A DNA stretch of 63,404 nt, the filler included, from Phoronis australis (lineage: Eukaryota > Animalia > Phoronida), in the NCBI GenBank assembly GCA_002633005.1. It is 5 parts of 5 records of this genome, joined end to end, with 100 filler letters (N's around TTAATTAATTAA, not from the genome) between each part and the next. Parts side by side here need not be neighbours in the genome. Positions count along the whole stretch, not along the records: positions 1 to 22,246 come from NMRA01001324.1; 4 more parts are not named here. The stretch is one strand, 5' to 3'. A model generated the notes under the pieces. That model worked only from the letters and a program-made list of their open reading frames with translations. It was not told the origin of the DNA and did no database searches. Position numbers and translations under genes: made by a program. Positions 1 to 13,253 of the stretch are shown here, in pieces (the stretch's first letter is position 1; each line of letters opens with the position of its first letter).

Positions 1-876
1 TATTTGTTTTACAATTTATTGGCGTCCAATATATTTTTGTAACATAATTTCTCTATTTTGACAGTGAAAGTAGCAATTTCCGTTATATTCTGCTTTCTTC
101 TTAAAATGACATGGACCGTTCAAACTCTGTAAAAAGACCCTCTGTTTCATTCCCTTTCTATCACTATTTCGCGCTAGTTACCCGGGAAGCCGATTAGTCC
201 CTGATCGTGTATACCACATGCTTTATGAAGTGAACCTTTGGCGGTCCGTGTGTCGTGTTTGTGAGTCCGTGACCGTGTATTTTGGGTGAACGAATGGTGT
301 TGGTGAGTTCAATCCCGTGTATGTGAGTCGGTGAACGGTGTTTGCCAGTAAAGTTGGTCGTTAACCCTACTTAGTGTTTGTTGTGTTTTTTTTATTTTGA
401 AACTCGTACGCTGAACAGGGGCGTTGGTTTACGACCGCAATACACGTCAAGTCAAGCGCATGAATAGCGACTAGCCCACTTCAATCTGTGACTGCGCCGT
501 CAAGCCTTTGGTGTGCAGAGAAATTCACTGTATACTCTGGGGTAAACGGTTCACGCTTTCTCGTCCACTTGCGTGCAAATCCAGTTTGCCTAATAGTTGC
601 CTAATACTGGAAAGGAACGTCGAAGGAAATCCAATACCAATCACATTAACCTGTGTATTCACACCTTTGTGATAGGCCTCCTACTCTCGGACATTTTCTT
701 ATTCAAATCTTGCGTCCACCAAACTGTAAGGTCCATTTCCCGAGAAGGGCCTCTCGCAAAATGGAATTGCCCAAATTGTCATATAACTTTTGCTCACTGA
801 GGTAGAAGTGCTTAATATTGAATGATCATATTTTCCTGATGGCCTTGCGCGATCAAGTGTTACTTTTGTTTTCCAG

Positions 877-1103
877 TAAATAGACGCTCAACCACGTCCT
901 CAACGACTATCAGTGTTACGCGCGAAACTAACATTCCCGATGGAAGCGCCAACACGGCAAACGGGTACATGGGGTTACAAACAGCACAGTCAGTGGAAGT
1001 AACTTACTCGACTTATTCAGACAACCAAGATTCAAGTGCATGCATGCAGTTGGACGATTTATCAATCGCTGTACCTTTGAAAGAAGAGGACGTTTCCTGC
1101 TAA
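877..1103 (+). CDS. Probable terminal coding exon of an upstream gene (Ser/Thr-rich C-terminal tail, xNRRSTTSSTTISVTRE...AVPLKEEDVSC*)
   Basis: Polypyrimidine acceptor ttttgttttccag ends at 876. A phase-1 frame is open to TAA at 1101-1103. AATAAA at 1269-1274. No recognisable domain. Confidence 0.4.
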
Positions 1104-3525
1104 AGACAACACTGCCTACGATAACTTGCATGTTTCACCATTCAATCCACTGTGTTCAAATTGACTATATAGAGCTAGGTAACTCCATCAGAGTCAGGAG
1201 AGAGCTTACTTGATATGTCGCACATCTATTATCAAGATTTTTGTAGGCTTAGTAGTACAAGTAAACTAAATAAAAACTAGTTTATGATTGAAGAAGCAAG
1301 GTCAGCGACCTGCTTGAGAGACGTGCATGAGACAGTCATGACATGTGACTGGTTGAAAGTCGTGCATGTGACAGTCATAATATGCGATTGACAACGATAT
1401 ACTTCTTGGTGCCAATACAAGTCACTATTGATTGATAAGCGTGCGAATAAGGCAACGACTTTGATTTGAATATTATTGAAATTTCGTGAATTTGACAGTA
1501 TTCAAACATTTAATCATTCTTCAGTTTATTTCACAGTTTTGGATTATTTTATTAAAATGTAATTTTATTGTTTGCTGATATTAGAATGTATTAACACGTA
1601 GCCAAGCTGTTCTGTAGCCACTATACACTGGTCATCAATTTAAATTGTGTCGCTTGTTCGACTTTTCGCTGTTAGTTTATCTTTGTAGCAGAATCCATAC
1701 GGAAGTCTTACTCTCTACACAGCTACTGAATTTCTGAAAGATAATTATATCTCACTTGAGCAAAAGTGCAAAGTCTATGAGAATAAACATATAAATGCTA
1801 ATTACTGAGATGGTGTGTATAAATTGTTTTTAGACTGTGATACGCTCACAACTACTTGGCCAAACCTTTATTCCACAGTTGTGAAGTGGAAGTGCAAGAA
1901 CAAAGTTTATGTCGTAGGTCTTGTGTTACTTTCACGAGACAGAGCCCTGGGCTTTGTATTTAGACTAATGTAAGCCTCCATTATGGATGCAAATCAGCTC
2001 AGCTCACAACCCATGTACACGGCAAGTTGAACCGTGAAGAGTTTGCCTCGCAAGGTGGTTAGCTTTCTTTTACCTAGCGTGCTGAATGTTCACGGCATGC
2101 GGGCGATGTGGGCTAAGTGCTAACCTGCTTATCTTCTACCCATTGCACCACGTGACAACAGCAAATCTCTCTCGTTGGCCTTAGCATAACTGTGTGTACT
2201 ACATTGGAGTTGTTTAATTGGGAACGTAAGTATCCCGCCAGTGAGCATTTGTCTGTGTGCCGGTAACCAACATCGAGCTCCAGCTTGAGCAAAATACTGG
2301 GGACGATAGGTCAGCTCGCAGTGATTCGCCTTAACCCAATTACCTCAGGAAGCCAACGAAAATTAACTGTCGCATCATATGACAATAACAAATCACTTTC
2401 GTTTGGTCATCGTAACCCCGTATACTTCATTTATGTCGTTTACTAGGGACTTAGTTTTACATGCCAGTGAGCATGATTTTGTCTGGTTTTGTGAGGGCGG
2501 CACACAGCTCTGTTTGTGTAATTGTTAACAATATGCATTGACCTACGCACATGATTTTGGCATCGTTCATTCCTCGCATTGTTATCATTCCAAAAATATT
2601 ACAAACATGTCTCCTACCCTTAGTATGTTTTCATCAAATTTCTGCTGGCACTATTTCCAGCGAGTGTAGTGATACCGCTATGTTGAATGGAAGGTGTCAT
2701 CTGGCGGCCAAAAACTGAACTACTGTACCCGACACCCAGTGGCAAAGCGTAGCTTTTCATAAGTTCAAACTGATGGAGACTCCGGGCCCGAGCTACGGTC
2801 TCAAGGGTTCAAATTTCTATGCTGGTACGCATCTGCTTACAAGAATCAGCACTATAATGTTTTAAATCCCGCATAGTAAGACAAGTTTTGAGATATATTC
2901 GATATCTGACAGGCAACCTGCTTGTATCAGTCGCTGACACGCTAGAAAAATACTGTTTTGAAATACGCTTAGTTTTCCACACCCTGGCAAATTCAAACTT
3001 CTGAAAAACGTTGATTTCATTGACAGTAGTTTCCTTGCAAATGCCTTGTTACAAGAAAATCTGTCAATCAAATCTGATTGATAAAGTATATCTTGTGCCA
3101 GGGATGTGGTTCGAATTTCGAAAACGGTGGACTTTCTTGATAGTATTTTGCAAACGTCCATATTAGATTTTTGGTAGCGCCCTTATGCTGCTAAACTGGG
3201 CAAAAAATAAGTCTGTATCAACGACGATGACTCTCGGCTCCATTTGCCTGAGGTGTGACGCAATTCGTAATCTCATAAATATGAGCCATGACGATTACCT
3301 CAAAAAGGACGAGTACCAAATTCGGAAGTAATGTGGCCCAGAAAGTTTTTTTCTGGATTATTAAGCGTTACCCTCTGCCAAACTTTCAAACCAGGCTTAA
3401 TGAGGGAGTATAACCCATCGCATACTTGGACGGAAATATTTAGTCGGAAAATAACTTGACGGAATTTTTATCGAATTATTTCTGTTTGTTACTTAAGTTG
3501 CTCATTATAAGCGTTAGAAATTGGA

Positions 3526-3620
3526 ACAGCTCACTACTCCAAGGGTCATTACTCCAAAGGTTCACTACTCCGAATGTTCACTACTCCACAGCCCCTACTC
3601 CGGCGGTTCACTACTCCTAC
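3526..3620. repeat. Short array of TCACTACTCC-like motifs
   Basis: About five spaced copies of (tca)ctactcc/ttactcc between 3531 and 3618. Confidence 0.6.
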
Positions 3621-4229
3621 AATACGTGAAATTCCGGACTCGGGTGTAAATTCTATACATCTGTATGCCAAAATACACAATACTTGGGTTATTAGACGCA
3701 GTGGTGTAGCTATGCTGAAAACTACGCCAGGTTACTGAAAACACTTGGTTCTTGGGTTTAGTTTCTTGCCCATGCAAAATTGAGGTCCAAAGCATATGAA
3801 GTGGGAATATTGAACCCCAATACATTCACCGAAGCCATGTCAAGATCGCAGTCTCCGCGCAATCCGATGCTCCTCAGCCTCACCCAACGCGCCGGAACCA
3901 TGGTCAAAACTAAACGTTGTAGGCTACCCTATCCCTTCACCATGACGGACAGTGCCATCCAGTCTTCTCAAGTTTAAAGCCGTCCGTTGGTCACCATAGC
4001 CCTGAAATAAAATATCCATGTGCTCTGATGCTGTCCTTGTTTGCAAATGAGTCGTTTCAGATTCAAGAAACACGATTACTAGTGATTGGAACTGAGTTCA
4101 TTTGCATAAATGCAATTATTATAACAACATATAGCAACAATAATAAAAATAATAAACTTTATTTATTGAGGGTAAAATACAATATAATTAAAAACATGGT
4201 TTAGCCAAAAGCTAATATGCTCTTGTGAA

Positions 4230-4600
4230 TCTTTGGTTACAATTGTTCGATACTAAACTATGCCCTATTGTTATGTATGGTTGGAAGAGTGGGGTTTTTC
4301 GCAGAGGCTCAAATATCGAGATTCTTCAATTTGTAAATTCTTGTTAGGTCTTGGACGAAGTGCCCCTAATTCAAGAGCCAGGGGTGAGCTAGGCAGGTCT
4401 ACAATGGTGTCACGGAGGTTTACTGGGATTATTAAATATTGGTTGAAGTTATTGAAATTGCCTCTTAATAGATATACCTATTCATGCTATAAGGTCCATC
4501 ATGACTTTGCAAAAAGAAATCGTGAACGCTGGAGTCTCCCCTTAAAAATCTACTTTTCAGGACTGGGTTTGGTAGTGTTTGGGTCAGTCAAGCAAGGTTC
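4230..4600 (+). mobile_element. Non-LTR retrotransposon (CR1/L2-type) ORF2 C-terminal fragment, decayed
   Basis: ORF 4260-4649 contains CKFLLGLGRSAPNSRARGELGR...IIKYWLKLL, matching the post-RT motif (CK..LG....TPN....GELGR...IKYW.KL) of invertebrate LINEs. Confidence 0.75.
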
Positions 4601-4895
4601 ACCAACAGGACTGTCATTCAACAAGAGGAGAGTCCTACAGCTTGGATAACAGATAAAGCATTTGATTATTTTGATTGATTGAAGTAATCTTTATAGAGGG
4701 CGCTAGCGTAGTTACTCTTCTTTGTAGTTGATTACTAAGTTAACAACAAGTTTCGCTTATCTACTTAGTGTTTATCATATAATAAATTTATTTTTATTTA
4801 TTATTTTATGCCACAATATTAACCTCGAATGGCAGATACAACCGTGTAATAACCCATAAAGTTATCTCACTAGTGAGATATCAATTTGGCAGGAA

Positions 4896-4964
4896 ACCGA
4901 GGCTGGATTCGAACCCGGGCCTCAAGAGTTTCGAGTTTCCGACTTCACCAATACACCACTCAGC
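4896..4964 (-). pseudogene. tRNA-like sequence (tRNA pseudogene or tRNA-derived SINE head)
   Basis: Minus strand has an A-box-like TGGTGTATTGG, a B box GGTTCGAATCC and acceptor-like pairing GCTGAG/CTCGGT. The anticodon arm does not fold cleanly. Confidence 0.55.
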
Positions 4965-5519
4965 GGCTGACGTCACCGAACGTGAAAATATAATACTTAA
5001 ATGAGCGTAACAATCGCATGTTCAGCAAAGGGCATTGCACCGACTCGGACATTTATACGCTATGAAAAATAAGACGCATAATTTCCATTAAAACGATACT
5101 TGAAATCAGTGAAAATTTTCTATCGTGTTCCCTCACTTGTAAATCACCGATCTCCAATTTGAATGCGGGTATCGTGTTGTCGGAATCCTTTGACTTGAGC
5201 ACTACAGTCAGTTACTAGTGGTAACCTAGCAGTACTTTAGCAGCCGATTTTTTCTCGGTCGAAGCTTAGCGTGATAAAATGTGTAGTAAGCCGTAATGGT
5301 TGCTAAACCTTAATTTATAGATTCACTTTATTTCTATTTTGTTAAAATTTTCAATTGGTTTTGAGTATAAGCCTTATTTGACAAAAATAGCTCGGCTTTT
5401 CTCAAAGGTCACGACCTCCGACCCCGGGCCTCTGACATAGAAAGTAGTTACAAAGCCGAGGCGAGTCGAGAAAGGTAGATCGATTCATTGCAATGTTTCT
5501 CGTTCAATATGTGATATAA

Positions 5520-5979
5520 ATAGATTATTACATGTTCACAGTCGTCATCCCCCTTATCTAGAGCCCTCGTGGATTTTGGAGAATTTTTTTATTTTTTTTT
5601 AGAATTTTATTCAATATAATAGGTGCAGTACAGATCACATAATTACCAATTACAGATGCTTTTTGTTCTAGTCAAAGAACAGTTAAGGTGTTAACTTACA
5701 GTGCTAGGTAATTTGACAATGGAGGAAAGATAAACACAGTAGAGGCTAGGATACATTACACTACGCAAACAAGGTCAAGACCTTGCCAGCGCTCTATAAA
5801 CTCACAGTACTTCATTTTGTTTATATATATAAACCGTTCAGTAGAAATGTAGAAAGCAACTTCTTATTTAAACATTGCAAGGCACGGATGTTTGCTAACG
5901 CCCCTCGTGCGATAATTCTCCAAAATCCACTCGGGCTCTAGATAACGGGGGATAACGACTTCGCCATGTAATAATCTAT
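5520..5979. mobile_element. Palindromic MITE (about 65-bp TIRs) interrupted by a retroelement 3' end
   Basis: atagattattacatg...tatctagagccctcgtggattttggagaatt (5520-5585) is inverted at aattctccaaaatccactcgggctctagata...catgtaataatctat (5914-5979). Confidence 0.8.
5584..5880 (-). mobile_element. 5'-truncated L1/Tx1-like LINE 3' end with poly(A)
   Basis: Minus strand reads FK*EVAFYISTERFIYINKMKYCEFIERWQGL (like the Tx1 ORF2 C-terminus), then AATAAA and an A-rich tail (T-run at 5584-5600 on plus). Confidence 0.55.
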
Positions 5980-6603
5980 ATTAATTATTCTCTCTCCATC
6001 TACGCACTATCTCAAAGCATAGCTACATTATAAACAAACCCACAGTCAATCTCTGACAATTATGATAGTTCATTATTTCTGTTGCTGTGTGTGTAATCTG
6101 CCGTGGATGGTAAGATGGGCGTTGAAAATTACCAGCACTGAGAGACACATGACACGCCTTTCATTCGCGAAATCTTAGCAAAATAAAACTAAACAAACAA
6201 AGAGCTCGTTTTTACCAAACAAAAGCAAATGAACAATGATTTCCCAGCATGGGGTTGGGTTTCAGAGAATCATCATGCTGGCCTGCTAGGTGGCCGAAAA
6301 GTTAACGATGCAATGCGTGCCACGTGACCTGACTGTGACTAGCACGATAAATATTCCTGCATCAAGCTATTTTTGTTTTTATACACATTTTGGCGATGAA
6401 CACGTATTGTCATACAATAATCGATAAGAAGTATCGTACCAAAGGAATCTTTTTCACTGTGTCGTTACTGGTTGTTAACTTTCTTATTGACTCACATGTT
6501 GAGTTCTCAGATATTTTTTGTCAAAAGAAAAACAATTATCGAAAGTTTAAATTGTGTTGCTATTTAAACGAAACAACGATTTTAAGCTTGCACCTGATTA
6601 GTG

Positions 6604-6946
6604 ATGAAGGGCGGAGTGCTGACAAGAGCAAGCGTGCTTTACATACTTGTACTTGCTTCCTCAAAATGTCTGAAGCTTTTGCACGCAAACACGGTGTTAG
6701 CTATCTATGAAGGAGTGCAAAATGCTTACAAGCGGAGCACGTGCACTACTGAGCCAGCAAATGGCATGTCTCTTGTTCTTGACGACTGCGTTTTATTGTG
6801 TTTACAAGCTGATGCGTGCGATACCCTGAGTTACAATTTTGATTCGGGTCAATGTCGACATCACTGTGGCAACTTAAGTCTTCAGGACAGTCTAGTGGAA
6901 AGTCCTGGGTGGATATTTTTCGAAGACCCCACACGTAAACTTGAAG
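6604..6946 (+). CDS. Exon 1 of secreted PAN/apple + jacalin-like lectin (signal peptide + PAN domain)
   Basis: ATG at 6604. Hydrophobic N-terminus VLYILVLASS. PAN-type Cys pattern C-VLL-C-LQADA-C-DTLSYNFDSGQ-C ... SPGWIFF. Donor GAAG|GTAAGA after 6946, phase 1. Confidence 0.85.
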
Positions 6947-8098
6947 GTAAGATATTTTGCAGCTTTGAACACAATTTATACATTAAACTTTTTATCGTTA
7001 TTGATACAATTACCTGTGTTGTATTTAAATACATGCCGTGCAGGAGATGAATGCCTTACACGTCCTGTAACAAGCAGAGTCATTTGTACGGCTGTGTCAT
7101 CACGTAACTGTGCTATCCAACAGTGGAATACGGAAAATGCTTTTCTATATTACTCTTGTGAAATAACTAATGTGCGCCGTAAGAATTTGCGAAATATGCC
7201 AATAGGAGTAACTATAGTTATTTCACTACCGCGCCACCTGGAGGCTTCTACAGTCTCCTAACGTACTACCGTCATCACTACAATAGTGTTTTTTTTTTGT
7301 CACAATATACCAATTCGCTGAACAACAGCTGTTGTAGTGCCCAAGAAGAAGTCTCGTCGCCAATAGAAAGGAGGTGTTTTTGCTTCGATATTAATTGAAA
7401 GCAAAAAGTTTCCCGGAGGAGAAGAGCTGCAATCTCGGCGTGACGGGATTAATTTCTACACCCGCTTGAGTTTCGAGAAAACATTTGTGTTGCCTCCGCT
7501 TACCGGACTTAGCAGCAGAACATTCGGTAAAGTGGGTGTAAAGATTATCAATAATGATCGATTTTCATTTCTTATATGGAGTAATTTTGGAGAAAGCTGC
7601 TACTTCATTCCATTTTTGCAAAGAACCCCGTGAACTGTACCTGTATCCCAAACGAAAAACTGTAAACCTGTCAAAAAATAGCCCGAGAGCAGCGAGGTGA
7701 ATTTCAATGTTTTATTAGGGTTCCATTTTTAAAAGAGGTGGGCGGGATTTTTGCATACGGCGGTAGCAACCTGGTTCCCCAAGCCTCACACGCTGACGTC
7801 ACGGATAGCTTGTGAAGACCCAGGTACAGCGCACTATGACGTCAGTTTTCATTGGCTGTCAGCTGACAATTTTTAACCAGGAAGTTGGCGTGCGCATGCT
7901 TACATCCAGTAAACCGAGGTCGGAGCTCTCTGGTGATCTAGCTGTTTATATTTTGAAATCAACAAACTGACCTGAAATTAATGTAATTATCGATTCCTTA
8001 TTATGGAAATAAACCTGAATTGGCTACACTCTTTTCATTTGGCATTTTTCAATTTTATTGTTTGAACGCTTTTTATGTATTGAAAACGTCTCTTACGG

Positions 8099-8250
8099 CA
8101 GGGGCGGATCTAGGATTTTGAGTTGGGAACAATGACATAGTATTAGAGACAGGATTTTTCCCGTCAGACATTTGCACCCCCGAACTGCCAACTGAAATCA
8201 GGGAGAAATTTAGGCGGGACCAACTTCCCCCCTCCCTAAATCCGTCACTG
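8099..8250. mobile_element. CAGGGGCGGATC-type MITE
   Basis: Ends caggggcggatctagg ... cctaaatccgtcactg. Related copies at 8645-8947, 32879-32911 and 36922-37079. Confidence 0.7.
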
Positions 8251-8644
8251 TAGTGTTGCAGTAGGCACTGCTGCCGCCCAATTTCCACCTCCCCCTCCGC
8301 GGCCTACACAGTATTTACCCCCTAGAACTCCACAATTTTTTACCTTCCAGCTAGCCACAATTCTCGAGTTACAACCTCCCCTCGTCGCCATAATTTCTTC
8401 CCATTTCCCTCTTTGAGCTGGACCCCCGCGCAACTTGAGAGTTATAAGCCATTCCGATCACCTTGGGTATATTCGGAGCCTCAAATTTCTCCTCAGAGGT
8501 GCGTGACTTTCAAACTTGGTGGAAAATGATTGGCCATAATAACTAAAGTTCGGGCATGCACTGAAAACATTTACCTCCAAGGGCATGCAAAACACCTTGG
8601 GTGTTTTCGTAACCTCAAATTTTACCTAATAGGTGAACGCTATC

Positions 8645-8947
8645 CAAGGGCGGATCCACGATTTTGAGTTGGGAGGCAGGGCACAGGAATAACCAGAAAT
8701 TAGCCACATGCGCGCGCCCAGCCTAAGATGTAGAGATGCAGGGGTCTCGAATTTTTGGGTTTGTGGACCTTATTACTATTACGGTAAACGTGGTTTGTTC
8801 AAGGCCTATGCATTGTGCATCCCCCCCCCGAGCCCCCCTGGGCGCGCGCATATGCTTGTCAGCAATTCGCTGCCAAATGGTATTTGGGTGAATTTTAAAG
8901 GGGGCCATGGTCCCTTGCCCCCCCCCCCCTTCATTGAATCCGCCACT
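8645..8947. mobile_element. CAGGGGCGGATC-type MITE, longer variant
   Basis: caagggcggatccacgattttgagttggg ... cccccccttcattgaatccgccact; 5' end shared with the 8099 copy. Confidence 0.7.
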
Positions 8948-9749
8948 ACTATCTGCGCGTGTGAGGACTTCAGTTAGCCTTAATATTTTCAAGATTGAAA
9001 ATCACGTGACTTAACATTTTGGATAACGTTCTCCGAGAGGATATTTGAGGCAAAGAAAATACCCGAAGTGTTTGGAAAAAATTGTATATAGGAAAATAGT
9101 CGATGTGCTCTAGTCTCTAGATGTTCCTAGGGTGAATTTCTAGCTACGAAAATACCCGAGTGGTGTCCCAAATGTGCCCTAAGATTTAGGTTTGTGTATA
9201 ATATAGCACTAGAAGAATCTCCGCCCATTAATTAATGCTAACAACTTAATCCTTTCGTAGTAATTCTTGGACAGCTGTCTTTTTCATCCATTAAACTTGA
9301 CGAAGTCGGCTCAGGGATTCCTGTTGACAAAAATGAATGTCTGGATACCAAAATTTTAAGAAAACCGTTATCGTATTAAACCCCTTCTGCAGTAGAAAAA
9401 AGGTACCATTTGCAGTGTTTTTAACTCCCAGGTGAAACCTGTTGTATTTGTCTCGTTTTTCCCCGTGAGTGGGTGGGCGCATGTGGTAGGTAAGTGGAGG
9501 CCTCGGTCCCGATTCAAACATTCTTAATCAGCGAAACGCGGGAAATCCCTCATTCATTGACAAAGACCTCGCGGACCAGGGCGAAACGTCTGCAAACAAC
9601 CTACCACGTCTGTAAGTAAGTGACCCATCTCATACTACAATGCCTCTAGAGACCAATGACGAACCTTGTCTCCAGTATATGTACAGTGTATTGGGAAAGA
9701 TCAGAAGCTGAGGGCGCCTGTGCTCCTTTCCAGCTATTCAGTGCTATGC

Positions 9750-10612
9750 CTAAAATTGTTCTGAAACCCCCTCGACCCCCACACTCCTCGACCCCTTCTC
9801 CCCCCTCGACCCACGATCCACAACCCCGTCGACCCAGTCTACACAAGCTCGACTCGATCTGAACATAGAACAAGCGCTGACTTGTAGGACGACTGAGTTG
9901 GGCCGTAAGCTCGGCTTGCTTTTCCCTGGTTTTTTGCAATTAAGGCAGTCGATTTAGCAAGTTTGAAAGCAAAAAACAGAAACAAAAAACAACAAATGTC
10001 GTTCCCGGCAGAGTGTAATCGTCTCGTCTGCTCCTCAGCGAATTGCAGATTCAACGTTTTTGCGGATAGTGCGAGGAACCGACAAAACTGATTTCTCCAG
10101 TAAATACTGTTTGAAAAAACTGTTATCTAAAAAGTATTTGAACGTTGTATGGAGTATATTGTAAATGCGTATGTAATATAAGGCAAATAATAAAAAAATA
10201 TGAAAGTATGTACATTTATGTTAGCGTACATTGTACTCTTTTCCTAAGTTTGTTAGAACTGGACCATTGATAGCTGCTCGTGGAACAATTTCCGTGACAA
10301 CGATATCGCGCTCACAATAAGCTATTCAAGACCACCGGCATTCTCACACCACTTTCTATTATAAATCAGCAGACTTCAGCCAGAGCAGACCTGCGAGTAG
10401 GTTTTTATAATGCGCTATATATTGCTATATTTATCTATATTACTATATTTATCTCTTTGGGTATGTATTATGCAAAAGTCACCCAGCGACGTAATAAAAT
10501 TATGAAATATGCAAAAAGCGCACAGATATCTCTATTGCCACAGGTCGTGGGTCGAGGGGGTTGCGGTTCGAGAGGTGCGGGGGTCGTGGGGGTTTCAGAA
10601 CAATCTATTTAG
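9750..10612. mobile_element. Non-autonomous TIR element with repeated CTCGACCC subterminal motifs
   Basis: attgttctgaaaccccctcgacccccacac...ccccctcgacccacga is inverted at tcgtgggtcgagggg...gggggtttcagaacaat (10544-10604). Confidence 0.75.
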
Positions 10613-10898
10613 TCCCGTGTATTTCAAACGGGAGGTAGGCGAAATTCGCTCACCGATTAAAAGTTTTCACCTCGTCAAAAATACATTCTACACTTAAAAC
10701 TATCACTTAAAAAGGCACTTAATTTCTTCAGTGGTTCTTTCTGCTTCTACGCATGAGTCGATGAAGCATAGCTATGATAATTAAGGTGACTTTGGCAAAG
10801 AATTCCAACTCCACATTTTTGGTCACCGTTAACTATTCACCGTGCGTGCCGTAACAACAAAATATTTCAACTGAGTCACGTGAAGTAAGTAAAGTCTA

Positions 10899-10955
10899 GC
10901 GCGAGACTGTGCGAAGCGCGAGACTGTGCGAAGCGTGAGACTGTGCGAAGTGCGT
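10899..10955. repeat. Tandem 17-bp repeat (gcgcgagactgtgcgaa) x3
   Basis: Directly visible tandem copies. Confidence 0.85.
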
Positions 10956-11237
10956 GACGTAGCGGAAGACACTTGCAAAATAGCATATGGGAAGATATCA
11001 GGTGAGATTTGTTAGATTTGTGTCCCTTGGAGTTTTAGTTCGTCAAAATGGCACCCGGTGAGAGAAACTCGAGCGAACCGCGATCGAGTTTTCATGGATA
11101 TGTTCAAGTTATGTTGACTAAATTGTATCCAGAGTCATGGTATGTGTTAATTATAACTCTATGAGCATATATGCATGTTTCATTCGGTTTTATTTGCTTT
11201 ATTTTGAAATGAGTAACTTTTTATGAGAATGTACTAT

Positions 11238-13253
11238 CAAGCAAATCACAATCAAGGTCCATATTCGGTGGCCACTTTTGGTGAAAAATGAAGGTTGTCA
11301 TATAACTGTAAAAGCTAGGTTATTTCAAAGTACCATCATTCCAGGTTTGCAATCTAAAATATTTTTGCACAAGAACCCCCGAATAAAATTTTATGGCCTT
11401 ATGCATCGCAGTTGTATAAAAGGGTACGTACACTACAATTTGTGGTCACAGCCCACTTCTATCATGCAAAAATTTATAAGGTAGCTGTTAATTTAGTACG
11501 TTCTTGATCAAATTGAAGAAATATCACATACTAAAGTAAGAAAAGTTATTATCGTGCTGATCAAGTTGTTCTAGATGATGATACATTGTATGTCTTGACA
11601 CAGTATTATGAGAACTTCTTCTCTTGCAATATGATTTTTACAAAAAGAAAATGACAGTTAACTACTTTTTTCAAAAACTTTATTGGTGGTATTTGCTTAG
11701 TTTTCATCACATTCACCAGTTGGGCAAAATAGTTAAAGCAATGTTAGGCCCAGTGTTCAACTTGTAAACAGTAAAAATGGTACTGGTTGAGGGGTACGTA
11801 CACTACGCACAGTCAAGAATCAACGTTAAATTTTGACTTAGTTACAAATGTATGCGATGATCTTGAGTTTTGTGCTGCCTCTACTAGTTGTTTTGTTGCA
11901 AGTTGTCTTGATAGATAGAGAACCTGGTTCTGCAACATCAGTTGTCACATGACATGTCTTATAGGATGTAACTAGCCAAGACCTGTGTGGCATTTTATTT
12001 CCCACAAATTTAATAATGTCCATTGTTTTTTGTTTTATCAGACTGGGTGCATTTTGGAAATATCAGTATTGTTCATGAGATCAGCAGTATGTAAAAATAC
12101 TTTACTTGTGGGCAATACTTTATAGCACAGAGGTTGGAGGTACGTACACTACATAACGGTACCTACATTACATTTCAATGACTTGTCACGTTTATAAAAA
12201 TACTTAGAATCTACTGAGAGTTAGTTCACTTACCAAATCTATTCTAAGAGAACAAACAAAAAGTACAACATAAATGTGTATATCGGTCTGTCATTCTTTG
12301 AAACCAGGCACACGTTAAAATATAGGGGTACGTACACTACATAAATGCTAATATTTCAGTCAAAACAAATGCATATGTAATTAACACCCTTTTAACCTAA
12401 CATTTTTAAGGAAGGAAACTGTCTATGACCAGTGTTGCTCACTTACCAAGTGATGTTTTAATTTCATGGCATTTGTAAACATGGGGGTACGTACACAACA
12501 AAAGGGGTAGGTACACTACATCACTGTTTCTGCATCACATGGTAACATAATGTTGTATGGCCGTTTATTTTTCTTTTGTGATAATAAGCACCATGTTGTT
12601 ATTTAAAAGGCAATAATGTCATTTGCAACGACCCTTTGTGTTATTGAATTCAACTACATTTTGTTAACCTTTTAGGCCCATTTTCACCATAGCAGAACCC
12701 AGTCAATATCCAAACTTTTGGTTTGTTTAGATATTGAATAATTTGCTGTGTTGCCTAGGCTAACATATTCTACAGTTCTTTTTATTACAGAGTGTAAACT
12801 TTAGTTTTCAACCCTCTTTACAGTACCTGAGGTTTAGAAACGCATAATTCACAAATTTCGTAACCAATGCCTGTTTTATGATGAACCCTACCATTTATCA
12901 ATGATTAAGCACAACTTCATCTAAGGGATTCTGAAAGTGACTCAAGTTATTCCCAATCATATCAAAGCAATTGCTTACTTGATAAAATGAATTTCTTTTC
13001 TACTGTTGACCGTTGGAATTTGTAATTTTTAAAATGGCCACTCGTAACGCTAAAAATGCATGGAATTCATAGATAAAAACATGCATTAATTTCTCAAACA
13101 TTGTCCGATTTTGATGATTCTTTTTTTAATTTGCACAACTAAATAACTTTTTGCATGTGAGATTCAGTTGGCATTTGGTAAGTGACCAAAAAATTTATTT
13201 TAGACCGTAACACAGTCAACTCTCGAATATGAACCTTGGTTGTGATTTAGCCG
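11238..13253. mobile_element. Approx. 2.0-kb non-autonomous DNA transposon with about 30-bp TIRs and 3-bp TSD (TAT), in lectin intron 1
   Basis: Left aaatcacaatcaaggtccatattcg, right cgaatatgaaccttggttgtgatttagccg; tat flanks both ends. An internally deleted copy lies at 33132-33915. Confidence 0.85.

Noticed and set aside
4896-4964. Functional tRNA gene
   Set aside because: D and anticodon arms pair poorly and the T-stem has a mismatch; reported as tRNA-like only.
11422-12520. CRISPR-like array from the repeated GGGTACGTACACTAC motif (also considered for 15515-15615 and 3526-3620)
   Set aside because: Repeats are short and irregularly spaced, no cas genes are present, and the context is a eukaryotic intron/transposon.
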